Assembly: GCA_016204585.1 (NCBI GenBank)
Contig: JACQKH010000007.1
Coordinates: 1-49,340 of the forward strand
DNA length: 49,340 nt
Direction: 5' to 3'
From: Candidatus Kerfeldbacteria bacterium
GTDB taxonomy: Bacteria; Patescibacteriota; Patescibacteriia; SBBC01
Position 1 is the first letter of the stretch; every line of letters begins with the position of its first letter. Below the pieces are notes generated by a model. The model had not been told where the DNA came from and searched no databases. It saw nothing but the letters and a program-made list of their open reading frames with translations. The translations under genes and the position numbers were made by a program. Of this stretch, positions 9,149-18,396 are shown one piece after another.

Positions 9149-9253
9149 ATTGTTTAGGTCCTCCTTAAAAATATCGTCATTTTTATGTTGTTTAATGCAG
9201 TATAGCATGATCAGGCCATTTAGGCAAATATGCTGATGGAAATGTCGCTGTTT

Positions 9254-10615
9254 TCAGTGTGCCAGTCTGGCCGCGGCATATTGAATCGGCCCGGCGCCGA
9301 CCACCAGCACCACGTCACGCTCGGTCCTGTTCTTGAGCACTAGTTCAACTCCCTGATCTCTGGTTCCGGCGTAGACAATTTTTTCTCCGGCGTTGACGGT
9401 TAAATCTTTACTGTGGATGCTCTTCCCGAGGTCGGACAAGGCCTCGCGTGACGGATGGATATCTGTAATATACGAACGGTCGGCTTCCAACAGAACCTTG
9501 GTGAACTCCTCGCGAAACTGCAGGGTTCGAGAGTAGAGGTGGGGTTCGAACAACACGATCACCCGCCGTCCGGGGAACAGCTGGCGGGCTTGGGCGATTA
9601 GCGGGCTGATCCGGTCCGGCGTGTGGGCGTAGTCGTAAATGGTGACGTAGGGCCCGGTCTGGACGACTTCAAAACGTTGCCGAAGACCGCGAAAGGTTGC
9701 CAGCCCGGCTGGCAGAGCGTTCTCGCTAATGCCGGCTGCCAGTGACAAGGCCATTGCGCCGACGGCGTTCTCGACGTGGATCCAGCCGGGAACGGGCAGG
9801 TGAAATTGTCGCACCGCTAGGTTGAACCGAGGGGCCGTAACTTCAAACAGCGAACCGCTGAGGTCCGATTTCAACAACTTCCCTCGCACATCAGCCTCTT
9901 CAGTCATGCTGAAGGTAATGGCGCCGCCAGTGGGTAATAGTTTGTTCTGCGCCGCGTCAATCGCCGGCGTTCTCTTTACCACCACCACCTTCGGTTCGGC
10001 CATGCCTTGGAAAAACGTTGCAAACCCCGCCAAGTAGTCGTCAAACGTCGGGTAGGTGGACAGGTGTTCATGTTCGAGCGAGGTAAGCAGGGCGTAAGAC
10101 GGATGGAAGTGGTGAAAATGCCGATTGTACTCGTCTGCTTCAAGTACCCAGAAATCACCGAAACCAGCTTGTAGATTCGACTTCCAGGACACGTCTTCAA
10201 CCCCGAGGATGGCCAAGGGGTTGAGGTAAGCGGCTTCCAGTATGTGCGTGAGGATGGCAGCGGTCGAACCCTTACCAAACGTGCCGGCCACCATGAATCC
10301 TTTGCCGGGTCGCCGGGTAAGATACTTCCCCATGAATTCCTGCCAGCTTAAGACCGGGGTGTTCTTCCGCTTAGCCGCCGCCAGCTCCTTGTCCGCCGCA
10401 AAGACCCCCGGGCTGATAAGCACTAGATCCGGTGATTCAATGTTGGTAGCGCTGTGGGAATCAGCGATCTTCAGGCCGAGCTGCTTCAGGGCCACTGTCC
10501 GATCACGCTCAATGTCAGAACCGGAAACCTCAAAACCGATGGAATGCAAATATCGAGCTAGCCCTGACGCGCCGCTGCCGCCAATGCCGATAATATGTAT
10601 CCGTTGACCTGGCAT
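9254..10615 (-). CDS. murC: UDP-N-acetylmuramate--L-alanine ligase (MurC-like)
   Basis: Motifs IHIIGIGGSGASGLA, VSGSD, AGTFGKGST (variant P-loop), VLEADEY, DYAHTP, FEPHLYSRT and VGAGPI. Confidence 0.85.
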   Translation of the reverse strand: MPGQRIHIIGIGGSGASGLARYLHSIGFEVSGSDIERDRTVALKQLGLKIADSHSATNIESPDLVLISPGVFAADKELAAAKRKNTPVLSWQEFMGKYLTRRPGKGFMVAGTFGKGSTAAILTHILEAAYLNPLAILGVEDVSWKSNLQAGFGDFWVLEADEYNRHFHHFHPSYALLTSLEHEHLSTYPTFDDYLAGFATFFQGMAEPKVVVVKRTPAIDAAQNKLLPTGGAITFSMTEEADVRGKLLKSDLSGSLFEVTAPRFNLAVRQFHLPVPGWIHVENAVGAMALSLAAGISENALPAGLATFRGLRQRFEVVQTGPYVTIYDYAHTPDRISPLIAQARQLFPGRRVIVLFEPHLYSRTLQFREEFTKVLLEADRSYITDIHPSREALSDLGKSIHSKDLTVNAGEKIVYAGTRDQGVELVLKNRTERDVVLVVGAGPIQYAAARLAH

Positions 10616-10663
10616 GTGGTAATGATTTCAGTATATCGTAGAACAGCTTCTCGCACAGCCCAA

Positions 10664-10699
10664 TCCCGCACCTTTCCTGGTCAAAGGAAAGGTGCGGGA
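10664..10699. repeat. CCCGCACC-family palindrome (15-bp arms), possibly acting as a terminator
   Basis: TCCCGCACCTTTCCT (10664-10678) pairs with AGGAAAGGTGCGGGA (10685-10699). Confidence 0.75.
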
Positions 10700-10714
10700 A
10701 GAGTGATTACCGAA

Positions 10715-13700
10715 TTACTCCACGGTTACGTACTTCGACTTGAGCGCGCCGTCGCCGTTCGAGTTCGTCACGATCAAGTTGCACTTGCCAGCGGTCAGGC
10801 CGGTGGCGTCGAGTACGAGGTTAAGTTGCGTGGTGCTCTTGAAGGTGACTAATGCTCCGGTGTCGCAAACTTGGACCGACGTATTCGGCTCGAAGTTCTT
10901 TCCTTTCAGGGTCAGCTTAGCGCTGCTGTTGCTGGAAGAGACGCTGGTCGGGGACAAGCTCTTAATTACCGGCGCCGGCACGCTGAAGCTGATGGTGCCG
11001 GATTTGGCTTTCAGGTACGAAGCCAGGGACGACTTCGTGGTCTTGAACCCGCCGCGCTTGTAGCTGTAAACCTGGACATTTCCGATCGGCTTATTAGCAG
11101 CGTCGAAGTAGGCCACCACCAGACTGGATGTACCAGTACCAAGATCCATCGCCGCGGCTACGGTTTTCGTCGTTCCGGACGCCTTTACCGCCGGTGCGTT
11201 CACCTTGAGGGACTTGGCTTTGCCCTTGCTCAGGTCGTAGACGCGAGTTTCTAATCCCTTGGCTGAGCCAATAATCAAGTCTTTCTTCCCGTCCTTGCTC
11301 AAATCCTCAAGGATGAGCGATTGAGCCGGAACGGCCGTAATCTTTTGTGTCAGCTTGCCAGCGGTGCTGTAGATCTTGACCGTATTGTCGGCGTCAGAGC
11401 CAGCCACGATAACTTGGGTTTTACCGACCAGGGCCGTCTTGACGGTCACCGTTCCCTTAGTAAACGGTGTGACCTTTTTACTGCCAACAGTGAAGGAAGT
11501 CTTCTTCGTCTTCTTGTTGGTGGAGACGCTGACGGTCTTGAGCTTGGCGCTGCTGCCGCCGGAGTTCAGGGCGGTGTAGGCGGAGAAGTGATCAGCCGAG
11601 AATGTGATGGCGACGTCGCCGTTGTCCAGCTCGCTGACCGTGGCATCGGACTCATTGGTGTACGAACCGGTCGAATCGTCGTAGCTGGCCGCACCCAAGG
11701 CCGAGGTATCGTCAATGCCTTCCTCGGCCAGGCCTTCATCCTCCAGAACTATCTTGAACGTCACTGGCTGCTGCAGGTCAGTAACCGTTTGGCCGTTTTC
11801 GTCGCGGGCCGTCACCTCGTAGGCCACGCCGACCCGTTCGCCGCCGCTGGTTGAGCCGGTGTCCACGGTCGGGGTAGCGGTGATGCTGCAGGTGCCGCTG
11901 TCAGTTGTGATAGCGGAAGCCGGAACGTTGAGCGTGGTGCCGTTGTCAAGGGCGACTGACGTCTGGGTAGTGCAATCGAAGTTAGCGGTCACTGGTTGTG
12001 GCACCCTGAATTTACCTTCTTCAAGCGCAATGTCCAGCTTGACTTTTTTCTCCGTCGTCACCACCACGGACTGTTCATCCGCGCCGTAGAAGGTTGAGCC
12101 GTCAACGCTGTCCGCGCCAACATGCCAGGTCGTGCCTTTAGTGATGTTGAGCTTGTATTGGCCGCCGGGGTTGCAGGGCGTGCCGCTGAAGCTGCCGTCG
12201 TTCGCCCAGGAGTGGACGAAGCAGCGGTCAGCCGGATTCTTGCCGATGGTGACCTTGCCTTCGATGGTGGCATCTGAAGTCCGGGCTTGCAGGACCACGT
12301 TGCATGTTTTGGAGCTGTTCAGCTCGCAGGTGACTTCTTTGGGCGGCATGCCACCGCTCCTTGGATCCAGTCCACCACCGACCTTATACACGTGTCCGCT
12401 TAATACGTTAAGCTCGAACTTACCGTCCGGACCGGTTGGCCCGCCAGCGCGAATGGCATTGTCAAAGCCAGCTGGACCGCCAGGACCGGGTGACTTAGAA
12501 GATCCCCCGGGACTAGTGGCCAGAGCAGCCACTCGCTTAGTTCCAATTCGCACGTTCAGTGCTCCTTCCGGCGGCTTGAACTTCGAACACTCACTAAAGT
12601 TCTCCGGCTTCGAACAGTAGGTTTTACACTCGGTTTCGGATTTGCAGCCACCCGGACCGACGAAGTTGTCGCCCGGTCGGGGACCCGACGGTTGCTGACC
12701 CTCCTGGGCATCCTTGCAGATGGTGGGGTCGCTCTTACACTGTTGGACGCAGCTGTAGGCATTCTTGCAGCCGTTCGGCCCGTCTGGAACCGGGAAGGCC
12801 TCGCACTGCGTCTTGTTCTTGCTGTCGCTGCAGCACTTTATCACGCCGTCAATGTCAGTAGCGCCGCAGGGCATTTTCTTGTTAAATCCGATATCCGCGC
12901 CCTTTCCCGTACCAGGACCGGGACCCTTGCCCGGCTCACCTTGACGCAGCTCGCGCGACTCGCGGATTTCGTCGCGGTTTTCCGCGAACACGAATCCTTG
13001 AGTCGGCTTTCCGTCCGGTCCGAGGAAGACGCCGGTAATCTTGGCATCGGCTTTGGCAATTGTAATGTTCCTTTCAACGTTTTGTCCGGACAGCACAAGC
13101 ACCTGGTCTTCCGGCGACGGTGGCTTGTTCATCACGCCTGATTTCGGGTCAAAATTCGTGCCGATTTGATAACTGCCGGCCACCAGACTGATCTTGTAGG
13201 TGCAGTCGCTCTTGACTTCACCTTGGTAGTGAGCGCCAACGCCGATCGCATCCGCGAACACCATGCCCCGGAAATCCGAGCAGTTGCTGATCGGGAAGCC
13301 GCTGGAGTCAACGATCTTGCCGCTGATGGACGAGTTATTGGCAACCACTTGCAGATCAACCTGCGCCGTTCCATTAGCAGCCACCGTTACTTTTTGCGGA
13401 GTGGAACATGAACGATCGCTGTTCGGTGGGGTATGACAGCCAACCTCCCATTGGGTGGCCACGGTTGTGGCAACCTTGATGGTGAAGGTGCCGTTGTTAA
13501 TCGGGCTGCAGCTCTCGCTGAATGAGCCGACCGCCCGGGCAAAAGCGCAACCCGGGAAATTCGTTACTGGCTGAAGAGTATCGGCATCCATTACCCGACC
13601 GGTAATAGTAGCGTCAGCCTGCTGAACTGTCATGTTCAAACAGGAGTAATCGGAAGACGTAACCACCGAAGTGTCTGTTGGTACGCTAATGTCGCATGGC

Positions 13701-15088
13701 TTCATTTCGGTCGGCACAAAGTTCGAATCCGGAGACATTCCCAGGTGAACGCCCCAGGTGCCAGCGGTTACGGCCAGTTCGTAATTCCCAGACGAATCGG
13801 TCCGCGCATTGCTCCAGCCGCCCGGTCCGCCACCCGTGCCCGGCTGCATCATCATGTTCGCATTCACTTCCACGTTTCCGGCAGCCGCCCCACCGGAAGT
13901 CGCAACCCGGCCGCGAATCTTCGCTTCTTTGGCAGTGGTTACCAGATTCACGGTTACGGTTTGATTATCCCCCACCGTGACGCTGGTCGGCGGAATGGTC
14001 TTGTCGTTTAGCGGCGTCCACAGGAAGAGATTATAAACCCCTGGCGTGACGTTCACGGAAAAACAACCGTCCGCACCCAGCGGTGTACCGCTGCCCCGGC
14101 CATCTTGCGTACGGACGTCAACGTTGCCGCTGGTGACGGCCGCGCCGTTCTTGTCCTTGATACAGCCGACGACTTTCGATGAGGTGGTTTGAACGGTAAA
14201 GTTTACGGTTTTTGATTCTGCGGTGGCGTCTTCAGCAAAGCTAACGGCGGGCGGCGGATCGGAGTAGATCCAGTCGGCCCCCGGATCTGGCATTGGCTGA
14301 ACATTCCACGTTCCGCCGCTGACCGACAGCGTATAATTACCATTGACATCAGTATGCGCGTTAGCCCAGCCGCCGCCGCTGGGCTTAAAAGCGTTGACGT
14401 TGGCTTGGGCCGCCGCGCCGCTGGAGTTCATGACTTTGCCGGTAATCGTCTTGGCCGCGCCGACAAAAATGAAGTTCTTCTCCACCACCGTGTTGCCGAG
14501 CGTGACATTCTCCGATGCGGGAGGGGTCAGGCCGGAAACGTTGAAATCGGGCATGGCTTCGGCCACGTAGGTGCCGGCCGCCAACCCGCCCAGCTTATAG
14601 TTACCGCTGTCATCGGCGTTGGCATGCGCAAAAACCGAAAAGTCTTGACTATGGACGTTGATATTACACCGGACACCTGTTACGCCGTCCGGTTTCAAAC
14701 AACGACCCTTCAGCTGGGCGTTGGTCACTTTTGGATTGAAGGTTGTCGATTGGTCCGGGTAGACGTCAATGTCAACCTCGGTCGATGGTGAGAAGGTCGA
14801 AGTCGGTAGTGGTCTGGCTTGGCACTTGTAATGACCGGCGTTGAGACTGAGGTTAAACGTGCCATTGGTTGCTGACTTCGTTCCGTTGCCGCCGGTCTGA
14901 CCAAAGCAGTTGATGTCAACTTCTTCGGCTAGGGTCGTACCGTCAGGTTTCTGGACGGTGCCGGATACGCCGCTAACGGCCATGGCCGTTTCCGGTCCAG
15001 GCAAGTAGGAAATCCAAACAAAAACCGCCATGACCAAACCGCCGACCAGCGTGGCGGTGATCTTGAGTGCTTTAGACGTGCTGTTCAT
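10715..15088 (-). CDS. Giant secreted protein: carboxypeptidase-regulatory-like beta-sandwich repeats, Cys-rich insert, C-terminal IPT/TIG-like domain
   Basis: N-terminal signal/TM, then repeated (I/V)xG(K/R)V...TD.xG.Y.L.(V/L)..G.(W/Y) units. Cys-rich GPGGCKSETECKTYC segment. C-terminal PVIKSLSP...LTLKGKNF...VTNSNG. Confidence 0.85.
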   Translation of the reverse strand: MNSTSKALKITATLVGGLVMAVFVWISYLPGPETAMAVSGVSGTVQKPDGTTLAEEVDINCFGQTGGNGTKSATNGTFNLSLNAGHYKCQARPLPTSTFSPSTEVDIDVYPDQSTTFNPKVTNAQLKGRCLKPDGVTGVRCNINVHSQDFSVFAHANADDSGNYKLGGLAAGTYVAEAMPDFNVSGLTPPASENVTLGNTVVEKNFIFVGAAKTITGKVMNSSGAAAQANVNAFKPSGGGWANAHTDVNGNYTLSVSGGTWNVQPMPDPGADWIYSDPPPAVSFAEDATAESKTVNFTVQTTSSKVVGCIKDKNGAAVTSGNVDVRTQDGRGSGTPLGADGCFSVNVTPGVYNLFLWTPLNDKTIPPTSVTVGDNQTVTVNLVTTAKEAKIRGRVATSGGAAAGNVEVNANMMMQPGTGGGPGGWSNARTDSSGNYELAVTAGTWGVHLGMSPDSNFVPTEMKPCDISVPTDTSVVTSSDYSCLNMTVQQADATITGRVMDADTLQPVTNFPGCAFARAVGSFSESCSPINNGTFTIKVATTVATQWEVGCHTPPNSDRSCSTPQKVTVAANGTAQVDLQVVANNSSISGKIVDSSGFPISNCSDFRGMVFADAIGVGAHYQGEVKSDCTYKISLVAGSYQIGTNFDPKSGVMNKPPSPEDQVLVLSGQNVERNITIAKADAKITGVFLGPDGKPTQGFVFAENRDEIRESRELRQGEPGKGPGPGTGKGADIGFNKKMPCGATDIDGVIKCCSDSKNKTQCEAFPVPDGPNGCKNAYSCVQQCKSDPTICKDAQEGQQPSGPRPGDNFVGPGGCKSETECKTYCSKPENFSECSKFKPPEGALNVRIGTKRVAALATSPGGSSKSPGPGGPAGFDNAIRAGGPTGPDGKFELNVLSGHVYKVGGGLDPRSGGMPPKEVTCELNSSKTCNVVLQARTSDATIEGKVTIGKNPADRCFVHSWANDGSFSGTPCNPGGQYKLNITKGTTWHVGADSVDGSTFYGADEQSVVVTTEKKVKLDIALEEGKFRVPQPVTANFDCTTQTSVALDNGTTLNVPASAITTDSGTCSITATPTVDTGSTSGGERVGVAYEVTARDENGQTVTDLQQPVTFKIVLEDEGLAEEGIDDTSALGAASYDDSTGSYTNESDATVSELDNGDVAITFSADHFSAYTALNSGGSSAKLKTVSVSTNKKTKKTSFTVGSKKVTPFTKGTVTVKTALVGKTQVIVAGSDADNTVKIYSTAGKLTQKITAVPAQSLILEDLSKDGKKDLIIGSAKGLETRVYDLSKGKAKSLKVNAPAVKASGTTKTVAAAMDLGTGTSSLVVAYFDAANKPIGNVQVYSYKRGGFKTTKSSLASYLKAKSGTISFSVPAPVIKSLSPTSVSSSNSSAKLTLKGKNFEPNTSVQVCDTGALVTFKSTTQLNLVLDATGLTAGKCNLIVTNSNGDGALKSKYVTVE

Positions 15089-15365
15089 TATTTCCTCCGA
15101 CAGTAATAAGACAGCGGTAGAAATTACCCCTGCTTAATTACGGTTGTTGATAAAATATGCTTAAATATAGTGTTTTTTTGCGTGTATAAGCCATACACAG
15201 GTATAGTATAACAGAAATATTAAATCAAAGCAATAAATCCATAGGATACTCCTTGGATCTGGACCACCAGGGTTACATTACCCTCCACAGATCCGCCAGG
15301 TCGTAGATGTCAATCAAAGAACGGCTGATTGACGGAAGAGCGATCGTTTGCGAAACTACCATTGT

Positions 15366-16412
15366 ATGAAAAAATCCATTGACGACTTCTTTCGGTACGC
15401 GGTTGCCCAGGGTGCCTCTGATCTCCACCTTCTCGCTGACCAGCCGCCGATCGTTCGGATTGACGGAGCGCTAAAGCCGATTCCCGAGGCCAGGCCGCTG
15501 ACCGCAGACGAAACGCGCGAGCTCTGTTACTCGATTATCACGGATGCACAGCGGCAGGTGTTCGAACGAGACAAAGAACTCGACTTCTCCTACGAGATCA
15601 AAGGTCTTTCTCGATTTCGCGTCAACCTCCACTACCAGATGCAATCAATCGGACTGGTCGCACGGGTGATCAGCGGCGACATTCCAACCATGGAAAATAT
15701 TGGCATGCCGGAAATCGTCTACGAGCTGGTGCGGCTACAGCAGGGCTTGATTCTGATTACTGGACCAACCGGCATGGGGAAGTCAACTTCGCTGGCGGCC
15801 ATGATCGAGTTCATCAACAACGAACGCAACGCCCACATCGTCACGCTGGAAGATCCGATTGAATTCGTCTACAAACCGAAGAAGTCGATCATCCGGCAGC
15901 GGCAACTCGGTTCAGACATGAATACATTCGCCGAAGGGCTAAAGCACGTCCTCCGGCAAGACCCGAACGTCATCCTAGTCGGCGAGATGCGCGACCTCGA
16001 GACTATTTCTTCGACCATCACCCTAGCCGAGACCGGCCACCTCGTGCTGGCTACGCTCCACACCTCGAACTCGGCGCAGACCATCGACCGCATCATTGAC
16101 GTCTTCCCGCCGTTCCAACAGCCGCAGATCCGTTTGCAAATCTCCCTCTTCCTGCGCGGCATCATCTCACAGCAACTATTGCCGAAACCCGGCGGCGGTC
16201 GGATTGCCTCGCGCGAGATTCTCATCAATAATCCGGCCGTGGGCAATCTCATCCGCGAGAACAAAATCGCGCAAATCAAAACGGTCATGCAAACCAGCGC
16301 CGAATCCGGCATGGTAACCATGGACCAGGACATCAAACGACTTTTCCTCGAAGGCCGGGTTACCGAGGAAGTGGCGCTGGCTCACGCTACCAATCCGCAG
16401 TTGTTGCGTTAG
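15366..16412 (+). CDS. pilT: Type IV pilus retraction ATPase PilT
   Basis: Motifs ASDLHL, GPTGMGKST, TLEDPIE, LRQDPNVILVGEMRD, AETGHLVLATLH and GMVTMDQ. Confidence 0.95.
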   Translation: MKKSIDDFFRYAVAQGASDLHLLADQPPIVRIDGALKPIPEARPLTADETRELCYSIITDAQRQVFERDKELDFSYEIKGLSRFRVNLHYQMQSIGLVARVISGDIPTMENIGMPEIVYELVRLQQGLILITGPTGMGKSTSLAAMIEFINNERNAHIVTLEDPIEFVYKPKKSIIRQRQLGSDMNTFAEGLKHVLRQDPNVILVGEMRDLETISSTITLAETGHLVLATLHTSNSAQTIDRIIDVFPPFQQPQIRLQISLFLRGIISQQLLPKPGGGRIASREILINNPAVGNLIRENKIAQIKTVMQTSAESGMVTMDQDIKRLFLEGRVTEEVALAHATNPQLLR

Positions 16413-16429
16413 GGCCTTGAGCGTCAGCC

Positions 16430-17134
16430 ATGGACATTCAAGGCAGCGTTACCGTCGTCACTGGCGCGAGTAGCGGCTTGGGTTTGGCATTATCCGAGAT
16501 TCTAGGCCAGCGCGGCGCGACGATCGTGATGAGCGGACGGTCCGAACCATCACTCCAGAAACACGCCGTCCGCCTCGGCGCGCTGGCGATCGCGGCTGAT
16601 GTTACGGACGAGACGGCCGTAGCCGATCTGGGCTCCGCCACGGTACGCCGGTACGGACGGATTGACGCATGGATCAACAATGCCGGCGTATGGATGCCAT
16701 ACACCCCCTTTCAAGATGTCCCGGACGAACGCGCACGGCACATCATGGAGACGAACTACCTCGGTGTTTGGCACGGATCACAGGTCGCCTATCGGCAGAT
16801 GCTCAAGCAAGGCCATGGCACCATCCTTAATATCCTGTCAATCCGCGTCCGCGAACCGGTCGCGTACACGGTTGCCTACAGTTCTAGTAAACTGGCGGCG
16901 TATGGCTTGACGCAAGTCCTCCGAGCCGAGGCGGCCCCGCACAATATCCGCGTCCTGGCCGCACTCCCCGGCCGAATTCAAACGCATCTCTTCGACGAAC
17001 GGATCCCCCAGGATTATGCCAACTTCATGGATCCGCGCGCCGTGGCCTCGGCCATTGCCTCATGGATGTCACAATCCGCTCCTGATCCCGAGCTAGTTAT
17101 TACACAAGATACGCTCGGCGGCGAATCCGAATGA
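16430..17134 (+). CDS. SDR family NAD(P)-dependent oxidoreductase
   Basis: Motifs TGASSGLG, WINNAG and YSSSK (YxxxK). Confidence 0.92.
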   Translation: MDIQGSVTVVTGASSGLGLALSEILGQRGATIVMSGRSEPSLQKHAVRLGALAIAADVTDETAVADLGSATVRRYGRIDAWINNAGVWMPYTPFQDVPDERARHIMETNYLGVWHGSQVAYRQMLKQGHGTILNILSIRVREPVAYTVAYSSSKLAAYGLTQVLRAEAAPHNIRVLAALPGRIQTHLFDERIPQDYANFMDPRAVASAIASWMSQSAPDPELVITQDTLGGESE

Positions 17135-17137
17135 CCC

Positions 17138-17166
17138 TTGCCATGAGCGTTCCGGCGTGATAGTGT
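17138..17166 (+). promoter_or_regulatory. Sigma70-like promoter of the tRNA-Arg locus
   Basis: TTGCCA-17 bp-TAGTGT, just upstream of the outer tRNA 5' end at 17190. Confidence 0.5.
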
Positions 17167-17189
17167 TTGTTCGCTTTTAAATTTCTCGC

Positions 17190-17416
17190 GCCCTCGTAGT
17201 GAAATGGATATCACACGACGCAACCCCGTGCGCCCTTAGCTCAGTGGATAGAGTGCTTGGCTTCGGACCAAGAGGTCGCAGGTTCGAATCCTGCAGGGCG
17301 CAGAGGGTTGCGTCGGTCATTGGGGGTTTCACCCATCGGGTGACTACCCGTAGGGTGGCGAATCCCTGCCCCGCACCCGACGTTAAGGAGTGGTGCGGTG
17401 GCCTCCGAGGGCACCA
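17190..17416 (+). pseudogene. Outer, interrupted tRNA gene enclosing tRNA-Arg
   Basis: Acceptor GCCCTCG (17190-17196) pairs with CGAGGGC-A-CCA (17406-17416). D arm GTGA-AATGGATA-TCAC, anticodon stem CGACG/CGTCG, and T arm GGGGG-TT..CGAAT-C..CCTC, split by inserted hairpins. Confidence 0.75.
17230..17302 (+). tRNA. tRNA-Arg(TCG)
   Basis: Acceptor GCGCCCT/AGGGCGC, anticodon arm CTTGG-CT TCG GA-CCAAG, T loop GGTTCGAATCC. CCA is not encoded. Confidence 0.95.
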
Positions 17417-17421
17417 CCAAC

Positions 17422-18354
17422 TTACCTCGTCCGCACCACTAATGCGTTCGGGATGTTCCGTCCCGGCCCGACTTTGTAGCTGCCGCGGTACCATAAGGCC
17501 GACGAACCGCCGCCGTCAAGATTCATGGCAAAGTCCATTTTCAGCGCTTCCATCATGTAACCGAGGTCAATGACCGTGGCTTTACGGGCAACGATTAGGT
17601 AGATAGTTGACCCTTTTATTCCGAGCCCGGAACGGTTCGATTTCACGGTGCGCTGCTTAGTATCTAGTTGAGTCTCGTCCAGGACGAATTTCTTTTTGTT
17701 GATGAGCGTCGGTCCGTTGGAGATGGCGGCGGTCAGATTGTTGCGGTCAACGGTGTTGATGATTCCTTCCTTAGTAAACGGTTTTGTGTCGGGATAAAAC
17801 GCCACGGTGCGATCGCGGAAAGCGATAAACAGGCCGCCATTGTTGAACTGATTCTGCTGTTCATTCACGAAAACCTTGCGTCGCGCGTCGTAGACCATCC
17901 AATAATACGAACCGGCCTGGCCGGCGCACGAAGCGTAATCCTTTGGACAGAAATAAGAACCGTTGATCGCAGCCATGACCTTTTTGTTCGACACGTATGA
18001 GCGAAGCGCTTTGACGGCACACGGCTGCTGGTAGCAATTTGTCTTGGTCGTGGCCGCCAGCGTCTGCACGACAAGCTTTGGGTTTCGCAGATTGATCGCT
18101 ACGACGTCGAGGTCAAAACGTTCCGGTCCGATGACGACAACACGTTGGCGATAGCTGTCGTACCGGTTGGCGGCGTTGGCAGTCGGCAAAAAACTAAAGG
18201 CCAATCCCAGCATGGCCATCAATACAACGAAACGCCGAAAATGACTGGCTTTGATGACCACGAACTTATAGTATATCACGCTTGGTTGACTGCGGCGCAA
18301 TCTCATTGTGGTGAGTTTTATCGAATCGTCACTCATCGCGCTCGGCCGGAACAA
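17422..18354 (-). CDS. Phosphodiester glycosidase (NAGPA/DUF2233) family secreted protein
   Basis: Motifs AAINGSYF, NGPTLI, RSGLG and AMNLDGGGSS, plus a hydrophobic signal. The true start is probably downstream of 18354. Confidence 0.85.
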   Translation of the reverse strand: MFRPSAMSDDSIKLTTMRLRRSQPSVIYYKFVVIKASHFRRFVVLMAMLGLAFSFLPTANAANRYDSYRQRVVVIGPERFDLDVVAINLRNPKLVVQTLAATTKTNCYQQPCAVKALRSYVSNKKVMAAINGSYFCPKDYASCAGQAGSYYWMVYDARRKVFVNEQQNQFNNGGLFIAFRDRTVAFYPDTKPFTKEGIINTVDRNNLTAAISNGPTLINKKKFVLDETQLDTKQRTVKSNRSGLGIKGSTIYLIVARKATVIDLGYMMEALKMDFAMNLDGGGSSALWYRGSYKVGPGRNIPNALVVRTR

Positions 18355-18396
18355 CGAAAAAGGATGCGGGCGGAGCGATGCAAGTCGAGAAGTGCC

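Noticed and set aside
10740..14919. Many antisense ORFs over the large secreted genes (also at 29144-32683 and 44907-48531)
   Set aside because: These are typical shadow ORFs of GC-rich coding sequence, and the sense-strand proteins have coherent domain repeats.
15245..15300. Possible riboswitch hairpin (GGATCTG/CAGATCC) between the giant protein gene and pilT
   Set aside because: It is a single modest stem with no aptamer consensus that I recognise.
17177..17573. ORFs 17199-17573 (+) and 17177-17494 (-)
   Set aside because: They run across the tRNA and palindromes and are shadow frames.
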